Source: an uncultured Dongia sp.
Lineage (GTDB): Bacteria > Pseudomonadota > Alphaproteobacteria > Dongiales > Dongiaceae
Length of the DNA: 36,913 bases
Direction: 5' to 3'
Assembly (NCBI GenBank): GCA_964408245.1
Contig: CAYOYT010000001.1
Span: 36,412-73,324, forward strand
In this document: positions 1 through 10,175 of the stretch, piece by piece
How the letters are laid out: every line of letters starts with the position of its first letter
How positions within the stretch are numbered: position 1 is the first letter of the stretch
Notes under the pieces: model-generated
The model's database searches: none
Told to the model about the DNA's origin: nothing
The model's input: only the letters and a program-made list of their open reading frames with translations
Made by a program: the position numbers and the translations under genes

Positions 1-1316
1 GGATCGATATTCATCGAGAACGACGCCGGTTCGTCGTCTGATTCCCGGTAAACAGCCCCCTGGTAATCAATACGGGTTCCGATCGGATAGTTTCCGTCCT
101 CGGCATGCGCCCCGTAATACGATCCGAAAATGAAGGCGTTCCGCTGATGCTGTTCGCCGCGATCGTCCGTCCATTGTTGAGTAAGCGCGTTCGTCAAAAC
201 CAATTGTTTTCGACGCACCAACCCCGGAATGTGATTCCCGTTTTCGTCGGTTTCGTCGCCATACCCCCAAATCCGTATCCCGACTTCAGCCGGAGGAGGC
301 GGTTGATTGCCAATGAACGGACCAATATTCGCCATTGGAGCCGCCGCCGCCGCGCGACCGTAAGAGATATCCGGCCCGCTCGGATTGTTGGAAATCGTCG
401 ACGTATACGCCCCGTTTTCGCTGACTCGAAACATTTTCCAGACGCACGATTGCGCCAATTCTTGGGCGCTTAGCAACGTTCCATCCGCGATCCGTTGACG
501 TTGCGGGTTCAACAAGCTTTGGAACTGGTAATCTTCGAATCCCCACGGACTCGCGTCACTTTTCCGATACGACAGATTCGGCAAAATATTGATTGACTGG
601 TCAAATTCCCGCCCAATTGCTTCCAACGTCAATCGTGTTTGGTACTGAATCGGCGCAGTCGCGATCGTCAGAATATGCGGCCCTTCGACGGGATCGATTC
701 CCTCCCCAGGATCTTGATATCGCGTCTGCCATGGCGCATCCGGCCAAAACATCCCGTCCCCGGCTCGGCAGATCACCCAAGACGCATCGGAACGCTTCGG
801 GACGATCCGACAACCGTACGAATCGCATAACGTCGCCAACGCTTCCGCAGCGTTCACGCAATCCCAATCGACGTATGGTCGATCCAATCCCGGCAGCGCC
901 TGCGCGTTGTACCGCGTTACCCCCATCGCTTCGAAGCACAGCGCCGCGAGTTGTTGCGGAGTTCGTTCGTGAACTGGATTCACCCAACCGCTGCGCAATC
1001 GAATGTTGTATCGTCCCGTGATCGTCGGAAACGCCCACGCCCATCGCTCATCGAGAAGCCGAATCGTGACAACTTGACCGCCGGAATTCCGCTGAAATTC
1101 CGCCGAATCAAGCAAACAATTCCGGAACCATGTTTCGTAAACGCCGGTTTCGTCGCGATAGAAGAACCCCAAATCGCCGATCAGCGCTGGCGGTTCGTCC
1201 TGCGGAAGAATCGTCATTGTAAACACGGCTGGAGAAATCCCGGCGTTGTCCGTTCCGGCGCAACTCTCGTATTGGTACACGCCAGGAAACGATACAAACG
1301 CGGAATCGCCGTCCAT
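1..1316 (-). CDS. Tail tip/hub-type structural protein, truncated by the window edge
   Basis: Hand translation from ATG at 1316 (MDGDSAFVSFPGVYQYESCAGTDNAGISPAVFTMTILPQ...LLDERWAW...) stays open to position 1. It is missing from the ORF track because there is no stop. Function inferred from position downstream of the tape measure. Confidence 0.65.
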   Translation of the reverse strand, partial: MDGDSAFVSFPGVYQYESCAGTDNAGISPAVFTMTILPQDEPPALIGDLGFFYRDETGVYETWFRNCLLDSAEFQRNSGGQVVTIRLLDERWAWAFPTITGRYNIRLRSGWVNPVHERTPQQLAALCFEAMGVTRYNAQALPGLDRPYVDWDCVNAAEALATLCDSYGCRIVPKRSDASWVICRAGDGMFWPDAPWQTRYQDPGEGIDPVEGPHILTIATAPIQYQTRLTLEAIGREFDQSINILPNLSYRKSDASPWGFEDYQFQSLLNPQRQRIADGTLLSAQELAQSCVWKMFRVSENGAYTSTISNNPSGPDISYGRAAAAAPMANIGPFIGNQPPPPAEVGIRIWGYGDETDENGNHIPGLVRRKQLVLTNALTQQWTDDRGEQHQRNAFIFGSYYGAHAEDGNYPIGTRIDYQGAVYRESDDEPASFSMNID

Positions 1317-1332
1317 CACACAAGCCCGCCGA

Positions 1333-2592
1333 TTAAGTCATCGAAATGGAATTGTTGGTTCCGTGCCACACGTTCATTTTCGTTGTCTGGTTCAATTTGA
1401 AACTGAGTGTTCCGGAATTCACAACTTTTTGATTATCGATAATTTTCGCGTTATCGCCATAAATCTCAATCGGATTCGCGACAGTCTTTGCGTTTGGATC
1501 TTGATCGAATGATAGCGTGCCCGTTCCTGAAACGGTCGCGTCCGTCAATTCGTCGATCGAATTATAGTAGACCGTTCCCGCTTGAACGTCGAGCGCCGTA
1601 ATCTCGCCCGCGTCGACGTAGATCGTTCCGCCAACGCTTTGAAGAGTGAGCGCCGTCACGTCGTTATTGATCCGAACAAGCCCACCGGCGACAGCCACGG
1701 AACCCAACGTCGCCCCTTCCCCGCAATGCAAGAACACGTCCGATGCGACGTTGTCGACGTAGGAAGTCGTAATCGTCGGGAATTGGGCAGTTGTTCCAGC
1801 GTAGAACGCGACCCCAACATCCCCTTTAGTCACGTTCAATCGGCTCGACCCATTCCCGCCAGTGATCAGCACAACCGGCACATCGTTTTCAACCCGCCGC
1901 CCGGTATTCGTGACAGTCACCAACGCCGTATTGGCCCCGAACGCGATGTTACATCGGCTGATATTCCGACTATTGATAACCGCCGTTCCGCCCGCCAACG
2001 TCAACGCCGTCGTTCGATACTCGGAATACTGATTCGTCCCTGATGTTGAATCTTGATTGATCGACGGCAAACCGATTTCCCCGGAATAGCCGTCTTTCAC
2101 TTGCAACACGATTCCAGTCAGCGACGTTGCAAGATTGTATTTGCAAGCAACATTGCCGTAATCGAAAACCAACACGTCCGAATTGGCTGGAGCGCCGCCG
2201 GACCAATTCGCCGCGTTGTCGAATGAGTTCGGCCCCGTGCCCGCCGTCGTATTCGTGATCGAGAACGTCGCGCCGCCCGCTCCAACGGAAATCGTCCCAG
2301 GCTTCCCGGCAACTTTCGCTGTGACCGTCATACTGGTGAACGGCCCCGCCGCCGGAACGCCAGCCGCCGTATATTCTTGGATTTCCGGCGGAACTGTCGT
2401 CGATATCGAGTTCCACGCCGCCACAAGACCGGCCAACACGATCGCGACCGTCGCCGAGCCATCGGCCACATACGAGATCGATTTGCCGTTGATCGTCATC
2501 GTGTATGTTTGGCTTGTCACTGTCCCGGACAATGAAACCGTCCACAGATCCGCTACGCGCGCCGCGTTTCCAATCCAACGTTTTGTTGCCAC
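1333..2592 (-). CDS. Minor tail/tail-tip protein, Thr/Gly/Val-rich beta structure
   Basis: 419 aa with beta-helix-like repeats and NxxNWSGG motif. Lies in the tail gene block. Confidence 0.6.
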   Translation of the reverse strand: MATKRWIGNAARVADLWTVSLSGTVTSQTYTMTINGKSISYVADGSATVAIVLAGLVAAWNSISTTVPPEIQEYTAAGVPAAGPFTSMTVTAKVAGKPGTISVGAGGATFSITNTTAGTGPNSFDNAANWSGGAPANSDVLVFDYGNVACKYNLATSLTGIVLQVKDGYSGEIGLPSINQDSTSGTNQYSEYRTTALTLAGGTAVINSRNISRCNIAFGANTALVTVTNTGRRVENDVPVVLITGGNGSSRLNVTKGDVGVAFYAGTTAQFPTITTSYVDNVASDVFLHCGEGATLGSVAVAGGLVRINNDVTALTLQSVGGTIYVDAGEITALDVQAGTVYYNSIDELTDATVSGTGTLSFDQDPNAKTVANPIEIYGDNAKIIDNQKVVNSGTLSFKLNQTTKMNVWHGTNNSISMT

Positions 2593-2608
2593 AACCGGAC
2601 CCTTCTAT

Positions 2609-3340
2609 TTACTGGACGATTTTGGGAAGACCGTAAAGCCGCGTTGCCGAGCGGAAACTGTAACTCCAACTCGTTTCCCATTGATATGCAACCCCGCGAA
2701 TCATCGACGGTGATTTGTGAGTTCGGCTTTGCGCCCCCTCTTGCCGTCGCAGCGCATTCGGCCACAACGGCGGATTGCCCGGCGGAAACGGCGAAGATGT
2801 CGTAATCGACCCCGTTTGAGTCGCATAAAAAAACGATTGTTCCGTTACGTTCTGAATGATCGGCGGACCGATCGCGGGAGTTCGTTCGACCTGAATCGGC
2901 CCCCCGTCGATATCGTTGAAAGTGATTGTTTCCTCGTAATTGAAAACCGTTCCGCCGACGAACATCGGGAATTCGGCGCTAAGACTGAACGTGTAATCGA
3001 GATAGGTAATACCCATCGACCGACTGATTTCGCCGTGAGAAATTGGCGATGTCACCATCACGCCGCCAATCGTCAGACTATTGTCGAGAAAAAACGGCGT
3101 CATATTGCCGCTGTCGTCCAACATCCCGGCGGAGAACCCATTCACCGAATACGCGGTTTTCACGGCAGCATATTGCGCCATGATGTCGGCCTGACTCACG
3201 CCGAGAAGCCGCCCCTTCAGCCCCCAATCAACACGGCGGAACTGGACCTTTTGATTCGGCGAATACGTATATGCCGACGTGATTCCAGTCCAATGAACTT
3301 GGTCGCGTGTGTGAGCGTAGGAACCGTAAACAAATTGCAT
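2609..3340 (-). CDS. Distal tail protein-like
   Basis: 243 aa, beta-rich, immediately after the tape measure gene. Positional inference. Confidence 0.55.
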   Translation of the reverse strand: MQFVYGSYAHTRDQVHWTGITSAYTYSPNQKVQFRRVDWGLKGRLLGVSQADIMAQYAAVKTAYSVNGFSAGMLDDSGNMTPFFLDNSLTIGGVMVTSPISHGEISRSMGITYLDYTFSLSAEFPMFVGGTVFNYEETITFNDIDGGPIQVERTPAIGPPIIQNVTEQSFFYATQTGSITTSSPFPPGNPPLWPNALRRQEGAQSRTHKSPSMIRGVAYQWETSWSYSFRSATRLYGLPKIVQ

Positions 3341-3352
3341 GATTGACGACGC

Positions 3353-5647
3353 CTAAAACAAACCCCAAGTTCTCGAACGCCGATTCTGTTCTTCTTTATT
3401 CTTCGCCGCCAAATCTTCCAATTCGCGTTTCAGATTTTCAAACTTGTCGTTTGTCGTGAAGACTTCTTTCATTGTCGACACGAGTTCTTTTGCCTCTTGA
3501 GCCGCACGATTTCCGCTATCGGCGATGGCTTGTTTCAATTCCTCAATTCTCGGTTGCATACCTTCGAGGCGTTCGACTTCTTTTTCTTTGTCTCGCAACG
3601 TATCGGCATTGGCGCTTCGGCCTTTGAACCCCGCCCGCTGCGCGTCTTCAATGTCTTGGCGTTCCATCGTTTCTTCAGAGATTCCGCCGCGCCGCTGAGT
3701 TTTTTCCCAGTCGGTATAACGTTCGACGCCCTCATTTTCTTCGCGACCGGCGGCAATGTTCGCTTCCCGCTGCGCCTTAATGCGTTCGTGCTTCGCCTGA
3801 AGTCGCATTTGGATGGCTTGGTCGCCACGCGACATGGAACCAAAACCAATTTCATTGGCTCTGATCATTTCTTTGTCGGCGTGAACACGATCGCGCGCCG
3901 CCTGAAGGCTGTCACGGATTGCGTGATATTCATTAAGTTGCGCTTGTGCCCGCTTTTGAACTAACGACAACCGTTCGCGGTCAATCTCGGCATTTCGTCG
4001 ATTGTAATCGGCATCGTTTTTCGCTGCCCCGGCGTCGATACCTTTAATCTTTTCTTGAACGCCTTCTTTCCGCGTCTGTTCGTTCATTCCGCGAAAGTGA
4101 TTCAATGCGCCGATCGGAAGATTTATCATATCGGCTAGGAATTCGGTATTCGTCCCCGGCATACGCGGAACTTTGTGCCAAGGCGGATTCATGTTTGTTT
4201 CAAGTTCTGTTTGCGCCGATTTTCGTTGGTTTCTAAAACCTCCTTTCGCGTTTGTGTAATTAAAATCCAACTCACCTTTTGACTCGTCCAATACTTTGAT
4301 TCGTTCCGTAAGATTCTTTTGCTCGTCTTGCGCCTCCATTTCCGAATAGTATCGGCCTTCTAACCCTTCCGAATACCGCCGGTATTCTTGTTTCTGCGCT
4401 GGCGTCATATTGCGATCGGCTTCAATTTGACGACGTTTGTTCTCCTGCATTTCATGGATAACGATATTCTGACTAGCGCGCGTCTGCGGCCCGGTATTGA
4501 TAATACTTCCCGACATTTCCAATGCGTTTCGCGCGTCTTGATTCATCTTCACGGAAGAACGTCGCGTCGCGCGTTCCGCGTCGGCGGTCATTCCCTCCCA
4601 ATATCGTCGATTGAGTTCCAAAGACACTTCGATCATGTGCCGAGTCACTTCGGCGAGAGCGACGACGGCACCGGCCCCGACAGCAGTGCCAACCCCAGCG
4701 CCAGCCAAGCCGCGAGCCGCTCCGGCAACGTTCATCCCGCCGACACCACCCCCGCCGCTGCCCATTGAAACTTGCCGTTGAAGCGCTTCGTATCGCGAAA
4801 GCAAATCCAATCCGCCGCGTACCGCGTCGTAATACCCTTGGACGCGAACTACCGATTGCGCCAACTCGCGGTTGTGGCCCGACATGCTCACGCCGAGGAG
4901 CGCCATCCCGCGACCGAATCGAGCCAATCCGGATTCAGCGACTTGCGTCAATTCAGAGTTAAGCCTCGCCGTCTGTCGAATGTTTTTCGTCGTCTGTTCT
5001 TCGGCGTTTTTTTGTTCCCGCGTCGTTTCTTGAATCGCCTTTGTCGCTTCCGCCTGGGCATCGCGCGCCGACGCCGCTGATTCGCGATCGTTTTCACGAA
5101 TCGACCGCGTTTCCTCTTTCGTCAATTTATCCGTGATCTTCTTTTTGTCGGCGTCGGTGAACGGAACCCGTTGGCCCATCTGGCCCATTTTCGTAATCGC
5201 CAACATCTCTTCCGGCGACATTTTCGGCTGAATCAACTTCAACCGATCAACATCCGACATCGACTCATATCGGGACTCCGCCGCCGCCGATGCGCGATCG
5301 CGCACGCTTTGACCGTATCCCAGTCGCCCAATCGCCGGACCGCCCGCCGCCACAGGCGCACGATTGGCCCAATTTTGCCCGACGACGCCCGCTGACGGCC
5401 CCGGCTGATTAGCCACGGAAAGAGATCGTTCCAGCCCGTCAACGGTCGCTTTCGCAACCGTTGCGGACTCACGGAACTTGTTCATCGACTGCGAAGCAAT
5501 GTCGCCGATCGATGCAAACTGTCTTTTCAAATCATCGATAACCGACTGAACCGACGATTTGAATTTCGTAACGTCGATCGCGCCTACGGCCATATCGCCG
5601 GTTTCGATCGACATCCGGATAACTACGTCGCGAATCGTGTCAGCCAT
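3353..5647 (-). CDS. Tail tape measure protein
   Basis: 764 aa, helical Ala/Gln/Arg-rich with a Gly/Ala hydrophobic stretch. N-terminus MADTIRDVVIRMSI. Follows the chaperone pair. Confidence 0.8.
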   Translation of the reverse strand: MADTIRDVVIRMSIETGDMAVGAIDVTKFKSSVQSVIDDLKRQFASIGDIASQSMNKFRESATVAKATVDGLERSLSVANQPGPSAGVVGQNWANRAPVAAGGPAIGRLGYGQSVRDRASAAAESRYESMSDVDRLKLIQPKMSPEEMLAITKMGQMGQRVPFTDADKKKITDKLTKEETRSIRENDRESAASARDAQAEATKAIQETTREQKNAEEQTTKNIRQTARLNSELTQVAESGLARFGRGMALLGVSMSGHNRELAQSVVRVQGYYDAVRGGLDLLSRYEALQRQVSMGSGGGGVGGMNVAGAARGLAGAGVGTAVGAGAVVALAEVTRHMIEVSLELNRRYWEGMTADAERATRRSSVKMNQDARNALEMSGSIINTGPQTRASQNIVIHEMQENKRRQIEADRNMTPAQKQEYRRYSEGLEGRYYSEMEAQDEQKNLTERIKVLDESKGELDFNYTNAKGGFRNQRKSAQTELETNMNPPWHKVPRMPGTNTEFLADMINLPIGALNHFRGMNEQTRKEGVQEKIKGIDAGAAKNDADYNRRNAEIDRERLSLVQKRAQAQLNEYHAIRDSLQAARDRVHADKEMIRANEIGFGSMSRGDQAIQMRLQAKHERIKAQREANIAAGREENEGVERYTDWEKTQRRGGISEETMERQDIEDAQRAGFKGRSANADTLRDKEKEVERLEGMQPRIEELKQAIADSGNRAAQEAKELVSTMKEVFTTNDKFENLKRELEDLAAKNKEEQNRRSRTWGLF

Positions 5648-6044
5648 CGCCCCCAGCCCCCATTTCCAAGGTAAGACGCTGATATTCTAGCTCACGAACC
5701 CTCGCAACGTTATCGATCACGCCCCGGATGATTTTCGCGTTTTCCCTAACCAATTGATCATCGGGAAACACGCCAACCGCCCGGCACTCCAAGTAATGTT
5801 CGTAACATTTCACGTTTTGCGGCAACAACGAATTCGGATCTTCCGGCGTTCCTTTCGGGCAACAGCGATGCGTCTGGCATGCTGGTTTTCGAACTAACGT
5901 TCCGTCTTTCTCGAATCCATACGCCTTGCGGGGAACCGGCTTTTTGTCACGCCCTTTTTCGACGGCCCCGGTATCGTCGTCGTAAACGTAAATCAGGCAA
6001 TGCGCACAACTCCGATTGGCAACTTGCGGGGATCGCAGGAGCAA
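5640..6044 (-). CDS. Tail assembly chaperone, T-like frame reached by -1 frameshift
   Basis: In the -1 frame relative to the upstream gene, open back to the slippery G GGA AAC at 6062-6068. Cys-rich. Confidence 0.7.
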   Translation of the reverse strand: MLLRSPQVANRSCAHCLIYVYDDDTGAVEKGRDKKPVPRKAYGFEKDGTLVRKPACQTHRCCPKGTPEDPNSLLPQNVKCYEHYLECRAVGVFPDDQLVRENAKIIRGVIDNVARVRELEYQRLTLEMGAGGDG

Positions 6045-6052
6045 ACGAACCC

Positions 6053-6487
6053 CTACTTCGAGTTTCCCTGAAGTTCCTCAATAGACGTTGTCTGCAACGC
6101 ATCCTTTTTCGGATTCGGATCTTTATCACCCGGCAACACGCCTGAAATGATCTTGTAGAGCCGCCAAAACAATGGGTAAGCCACTCGCGCAACCGTGTCT
6201 TCGGACGGTTTGATTGCATGCCCGGCGACGTTTTTCAGATCCCACGAAATCAGATATTTCGCAACGAACTTGTTCACCAACTTTTCGGCGTCGACCGTCT
6301 TTTGCGGATCGAATTCCTCGCCGCGCTTCGCGTTCGCAACTTCGGTTTCATGCGCCGCAATGTCCATTCTCGCGGGAAAACGGAATCGGAACCGCAGTTC
6401 TTCGTGCAGCGATTCGGACCCGTCGCGCGGCACATCGGCGCGAATGTACCCGTCTTGCTCGTATCCGTCGTGAATGTAACTCGGCAT
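6053..6487 (-). CDS. Tail assembly chaperone, G-like
   Basis: 144 aa between tail tube and tape measure, LISWDL motif, ends CAG GGA AAC TCG AAG TAG. Confidence 0.75.
   Translation of the reverse strand: MPSYIHDGYEQDGYIRADVPRDGSESLHEELRFRFRFPARMDIAAHETEVANAKRGEEFDPQKTVDAEKLVNKFVAKYLISWDLKNVAGHAIKPSEDTVARVAYPLFWRLYKIISGVLPGDKDPNPKKDALQTTSIEELQGNSK
6062..6068 (-). other. Programmed -1 frameshift slippery site GGGAAAC
   Basis: X XXY YYZ heptamer in the correct phase, two codons before the stop. The -1 frame continues LEVGVRLLLRSPQ into 5640..6044, as for lambda G/GT. Confidence 0.8.
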
Positions 6488-6506
6488 TGAATCCCCTTCG
6501 ATCGAA

Positions 6507-6800
6507 ATGGTATGTTGGATTTCCGACGCGAACGGATTCTACAACAGGCGATGCAAATTGAAATTGCAGATCGAACTTGACACCAGCCAACTGACGGAAG
6601 AATTCTTCCGCGAGGCGCGCAAGATCCAATTCAATCCGCGATCGACGCCAACAGAAAAGATTCTCGCCCGTTCAGTCGTCGACCTGGGGAAATGCGTGAA
6701 TCAATTGCTTCTCGCCATCCTTCGAAGCCAAGTCGGCATCGTTCTGGAAGATGGAGAAGAAAACCCGTTCGATTTCTTCAACAACGAATCAAACGGTTGA
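6507..6800 (+). CDS. Small hypothetical protein, opposite to the tail operon (start may be TTG 6558)
   Basis: Fills the 300-bp gap between tail tube and chaperone. Protein-like helical sequence KLQIELDTSQLTEEFFREARK... Confidence 0.5.
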   Translation: MVCWISDANGFYNRRCKLKLQIELDTSQLTEEFFREARKIQFNPRSTPTEKILARSVVDLGKCVNQLLLAILRSQVGIVLEDGEENPFDFFNNESNG

Positions 6801-7709
6801 ATCGTTCGCCGCAACCAGTTCTTTCGTTGTCGACACGCCGTAAACGTTGTAATTGAGCGGAAGTCGGATCTTCTGACGGCCTGGAATCGATGGCGATTTC
6901 GATACGGCCAGAATCCGGCCCAATGTCAAACCGAGCGAAACGGTTCCATTCGTGAACGCCAACGAAGCCGCTCGCGGAGTTCCGGCCCGCGCGTCTGATC
7001 GCAACGCCTGTTCGGTCGACGTGTATTTCGTCTGAATGCCCAACGTGATTACGCGGTCTTGCGGTTCCAAATCCGTCGCCGTCCGCCCGATCATGTATGT
7101 CGGATCGATCTTGTTGTCGATCATCAATTCGAACTTGTCGAGATCGTACGCCGTTGAATTGATCGTGATCCCCGATCCCATGTCACTGAGGCAATACGGT
7201 CGCGCCGTCGCATCTGGCGCGGGAACGGTCCCCGGATACGTACCGGCGTTCGCTTCAATCATCGTTTTGCCGACGACGCGCATCACCAGTTTGATTTTCT
7301 TCCCCGGCTCACCAGAGAAAACAGCGCTTGCACAACGGAGAACGTACGTTGCCACTTTTCCGACTTGATCGATCATCAGATAGAAATCTGACATCGCATC
7401 TGAGAGAGCATAGGAACCGCCCGAACCGGCTTGCCCGAAAATCAACGGCAGCAAGTAATCCAGTTCAACCGGCGTCGGTTCAAACGTGATCGACCCGGCA
7501 ACGCGGACGTTTCCCAGCGCCACTCGCTCGACGTTGCGGGTTCGGGTTCCACGCAAACCGTCGTTTTCGATCAACTCGATATCTTCGATGATGTCGTGCG
7601 AAATGTATTCGAGACCGATAGCCGTCGCGTCGAACACGCCAGCCGGAGGCGAACCAGATGAACTGGTCGCCAACGCCATTTTACTAGCCCAACCGGAAGA
7701 TTCGGTCAT
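6789..7709 (-). CDS. Major tail tube protein
   Basis: 306 aa with GLRGTR, VAGSITFEP and FELMIDNKI motifs typical of tube proteins. Upstream of the chaperones. Confidence 0.8.
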   Translation of the reverse strand: MTESSGWASKMALATSSSGSPPAGVFDATAIGLEYISHDIIEDIELIENDGLRGTRTRNVERVALGNVRVAGSITFEPTPVELDYLLPLIFGQAGSGGSYALSDAMSDFYLMIDQVGKVATYVLRCASAVFSGEPGKKIKLVMRVVGKTMIEANAGTYPGTVPAPDATARPYCLSDMGSGITINSTAYDLDKFELMIDNKIDPTYMIGRTATDLEPQDRVITLGIQTKYTSTEQALRSDARAGTPRAASLAFTNGTVSLGLTLGRILAVSKSPSIPGRQKIRLPLNYNVYGVSTTKELVAANDSTV

Positions 7710-7782
7710 TGTTATTGACCTTTCCTTTGTCGCAAATCAGTGATCGAATCAAGACAAAACAACGCGATCGGTTGTAATCAGA

Positions 7783-8127
7783 CTATTTCGATTCAGACTG
7801 TTCAACCGGCTTATCGGTTTCTTCCGCCGGTTTCGTTTCGGTGGAACCGGTCGACGCCAACGCCTCGGCCTGAATCTTGGCGAGTTTCTCCGCATCCGTT
7901 TCGCCTTTCGGTTGCATCCGACCGGCTTTGATTTCTTTCGCCTCGAACAATTCGCGTGAGAACTTCATTGCTTCATGTGAAGTCAGGAACGGCTTGCGGA
8001 CCGGCTTTCCGTCCGCGTCCACGCCGTTTACCACATGCACGAAACCATCGTGCAGCGTAACGCCGTCTTCGACGATCGCAGGAGTTCCGGACGCTTCCGA
8101 AGTGATATGGCAGCCGTTTACATGCAT
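7783..8127 (-). CDS. Hypothetical protein
   Basis: 114 aa, AGGGGA RBS, fills the operon gap. Confidence 0.6.
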   Translation of the reverse strand: MHVNGCHITSEASGTPAIVEDGVTLHDGFVHVVNGVDADGKPVRKPFLTSHEAMKFSRELFEAKEIKAGRMQPKGETDAEKLAKIQAEALASTGSTETKPAEETDKPVEQSESK

Positions 8128-8154
8128 GATTTGAAATCCCCTTTGGCAAACAGC

Positions 8155-8670
8155 CTATTCGCTCCGAAGTTGCCGGACAACAAAATCGGCTAGCATTTGG
8201 CAAAATCCGTCCAAATTCTGAGAAGTCATGCCGACGAATTCGCGTTGCGGAATGTTGATATCGTCGCCCGGCATCCGCCGCCCGCGACCGTCGCGACCAA
8301 TCAACGGTTGATCGACTTCGAACACGCCGCCGAATTGATGTTTGTAAGCGTACGGAACGGCGGTTCCCCAGGTGAGACGCTTCGCTTCGACTTGCTGAAT
8401 ATGGTCGGGACTCGATTGCGTTACCGATTCCCGCAACCGACCCGATACGTCTAGCGTTCGATGATCGTTCGGCGTTCCGAGCGCGCGATAGTACCACGGA
8501 GGCCAAGATTGACCGCTCGGCCCGGCTTCCCGCGCGAAGTATTGCGCATGAATCGCAAACAATTCTTCCGAAATCTCGGTTAGCGGTTCCGTGAAATCGA
8601 GGCTTTCGATACTGCGCGAAATCTGGTTCGCGATCGAATCGACTTCACCAACATTGACATACGTTGTCAT
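8155..8670 (-). CDS. Virion morphogenesis/neck protein (Mu gpG-like)
   Basis: Motifs GPSGQSWPP, LDVSGRLRES, GTAVPYAYKHQFGG, IPQREFVG. Start ATG 8670 overlaps the upstream TAA. Confidence 0.85.
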   Translation of the reverse strand: MTTYVNVGEVDSIANQISRSIESLDFTEPLTEISEELFAIHAQYFAREAGPSGQSWPPWYYRALGTPNDHRTLDVSGRLRESVTQSSPDHIQQVEAKRLTWGTAVPYAYKHQFGGVFEVDQPLIGRDGRGRRMPGDDINIPQREFVGMTSQNLDGFCQMLADFVVRQLRSE

Positions 8671-9116
8671 TACGGCAACCGCGTCATTTGTGCCATGATT
8701 CGAACCATGAACGTTGAAACGTAAAGCTTTCGCGTCATGAACGGCCCCCATTCAATCGCGTTGCCCGGTTCAACTTTCGTCGTGTAGTGATCGGGAATCG
8801 ACGTAAAAGCGAAGTTCATCGACGCCCGAATCAATTTTTCTCGCCACGAAAGACGCAATTCCAAATCGTTGACCGACAACGGACCGACGATCCCCACCAA
8901 GATCCCTGGCCAAAATCCGTCTCGATAACTGGTTTCGTCGCCAGTCTTTTCCGGTCCGAATGGGCTGATTGACACAAACGGCAACGCAAGATTTTCGTCT
9001 TGATACGTGAACAATTCTTGGAAGATCACGCCGCCGGTTAAACCAGTCAGATTCAACGATTCGTAGCGAGCCTTGAGCGCCACCATTGAATCATAATGAA
9101 GAGAATTTCCGGCCAT
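8670..9116 (-). CDS. Tail terminator-like protein
   Basis: 148 aa with LPFVSI motif, in the neck block. Confidence 0.55.
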   Translation of the reverse strand: MAGNSLHYDSMVALKARYESLNLTGLTGGVIFQELFTYQDENLALPFVSISPFGPEKTGDETSYRDGFWPGILVGIVGPLSVNDLELRLSWREKLIRASMNFAFTSIPDHYTTKVEPGNAIEWGPFMTRKLYVSTFMVRIMAQMTRLP

Positions 9117-9128
9117 TCAACCGCCCCG

Positions 9129-9494
9129 CTACGCGCTCGGAATCTTCTTTTCGCAAGCGCACGACCAATTCGTCAGAACCGCTTTCAGAATCGCCCCGCG
9201 AGGAATGACGACGTATGTCACTCCATCGATATCGATTTCGTCGCCGCCGCGAATCTCGCGACCATCCCCATTCGGATTCAATTCGTGATCGGGAATCTTG
9301 ATCAGCCGTTCGTTGCCCTGTAGCGACAAATGCGAGAATTCCTTGATTCTCGACGTGAGCGGTTTTTTCCACGCGCTCGATACGTTTACCGTCTCTGTCC
9401 CGTTGTTGCCGCGATACAACCGCACGACAGCCGGTCGACGATCGGGAATGATGTTCATCAACCCGCGTGCCATGTAGTTGTTTAACATGGTCAA
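9129..9494 (-). CDS. Head closure/head-tail joining protein
   Basis: 121 aa with GDEIDIDGVTYVV motif, after the connector. Confidence 0.65.
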   Translation of the reverse strand: MTMLNNYMARGLMNIIPDRRPAVVRLYRGNNGTETVNVSSAWKKPLTSRIKEFSHLSLQGNERLIKIPDHELNPNGDGREIRGGDEIDIDGVTYVVIPRGAILKAVLTNWSCACEKKIPSA

Positions 9495-10159
9495 ACCGCT
9501 TTCGACGTGTAATTACTCAATACGTTCTTGATACTGCCGAACGCCTTCGCCACGGTCCCAGGATCGGCATACGAAACGCTCGCGTCCTCGTACGACATCG
9601 ATTGAGCGTTGACGCCGCCAACCGAACCAGAGAACGCCGACATAATCACCGCCGAATTGATCGCCATCACCAAATCCGGCGGGATGTCTGCCGCTTCGTA
9701 TCCAGCCCGATAAACGACTTTGATATTCCCGGTTGGCTTGGGCGGTTGATTGGCAATCCAACCCGCGTACCGCGTTGCCACTCCGTACCAAACGCCGCCG
9801 ATGCGAGTCAGGATACCACTCGACCCGACGCCATCCGCACCGGATTTCAATGCGAAGTCGCGGCCTTCCACGAGATTCAACGACGAATTGAATCCATCGG
9901 CGTTCTGGCCGAAATGCCCAGCGCTATCGACGCAAACGGAATCGATCGAAATCACCGGATATTGCCGGAGAACCAAAATCGGCGAATTATCGCCAGAATG
10001 GTATTCCGTGTAATCCGCCGCTTCGATATCGCGCCGAATCGTCTTTTTGACCAGAGAAGTCATGGCGAGAATCAATGCGTCGAACTGCGCATCGCGCGAG
10101 GCATCCGATAGCGGAATCCCCGCTTGAATCTTTACGCTGTCTCGTGTCGTCAAAGCCAC
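9491..10159 (-). CDS. Head-tail connector protein (gp6-like)
   Basis: MALTTRDSVK, YPVISIDSV, IKVVYRAGY, IPPDL motifs. Confidence 0.8.
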   Translation of the reverse strand: MALTTRDSVKIQAGIPLSDASRDAQFDALILAMTSLVKKTIRRDIEAADYTEYHSGDNSPILVLRQYPVISIDSVCVDSAGHFGQNADGFNSSLNLVEGRDFALKSGADGVGSSGILTRIGGVWYGVATRYAGWIANQPPKPTGNIKVVYRAGYEAADIPPDLVMAINSAVIMSAFSGSVGGVNAQSMSYEDASVSYADPGTVAKAFGSIKNVLSNYTSKAV

Positions 10160-10175
10160 GTCGGCCCCCGCTGAA

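Noticed and set aside
67-1512. Short track ORFs on both strands at the left end
   Set aside because: Shadows of the single minus-strand ORF that starts at 1316 and runs off the window.
7771-7783. TTGTAATCAG partial match to the island operator
   Set aside because: Single partial site with no partner box or promoter, so likely chance.
6789-8127. Contractile tail or tailocin
   Set aside because: No sheath or baseplate wedge genes are recognisable, and a full head and packaging module is present.
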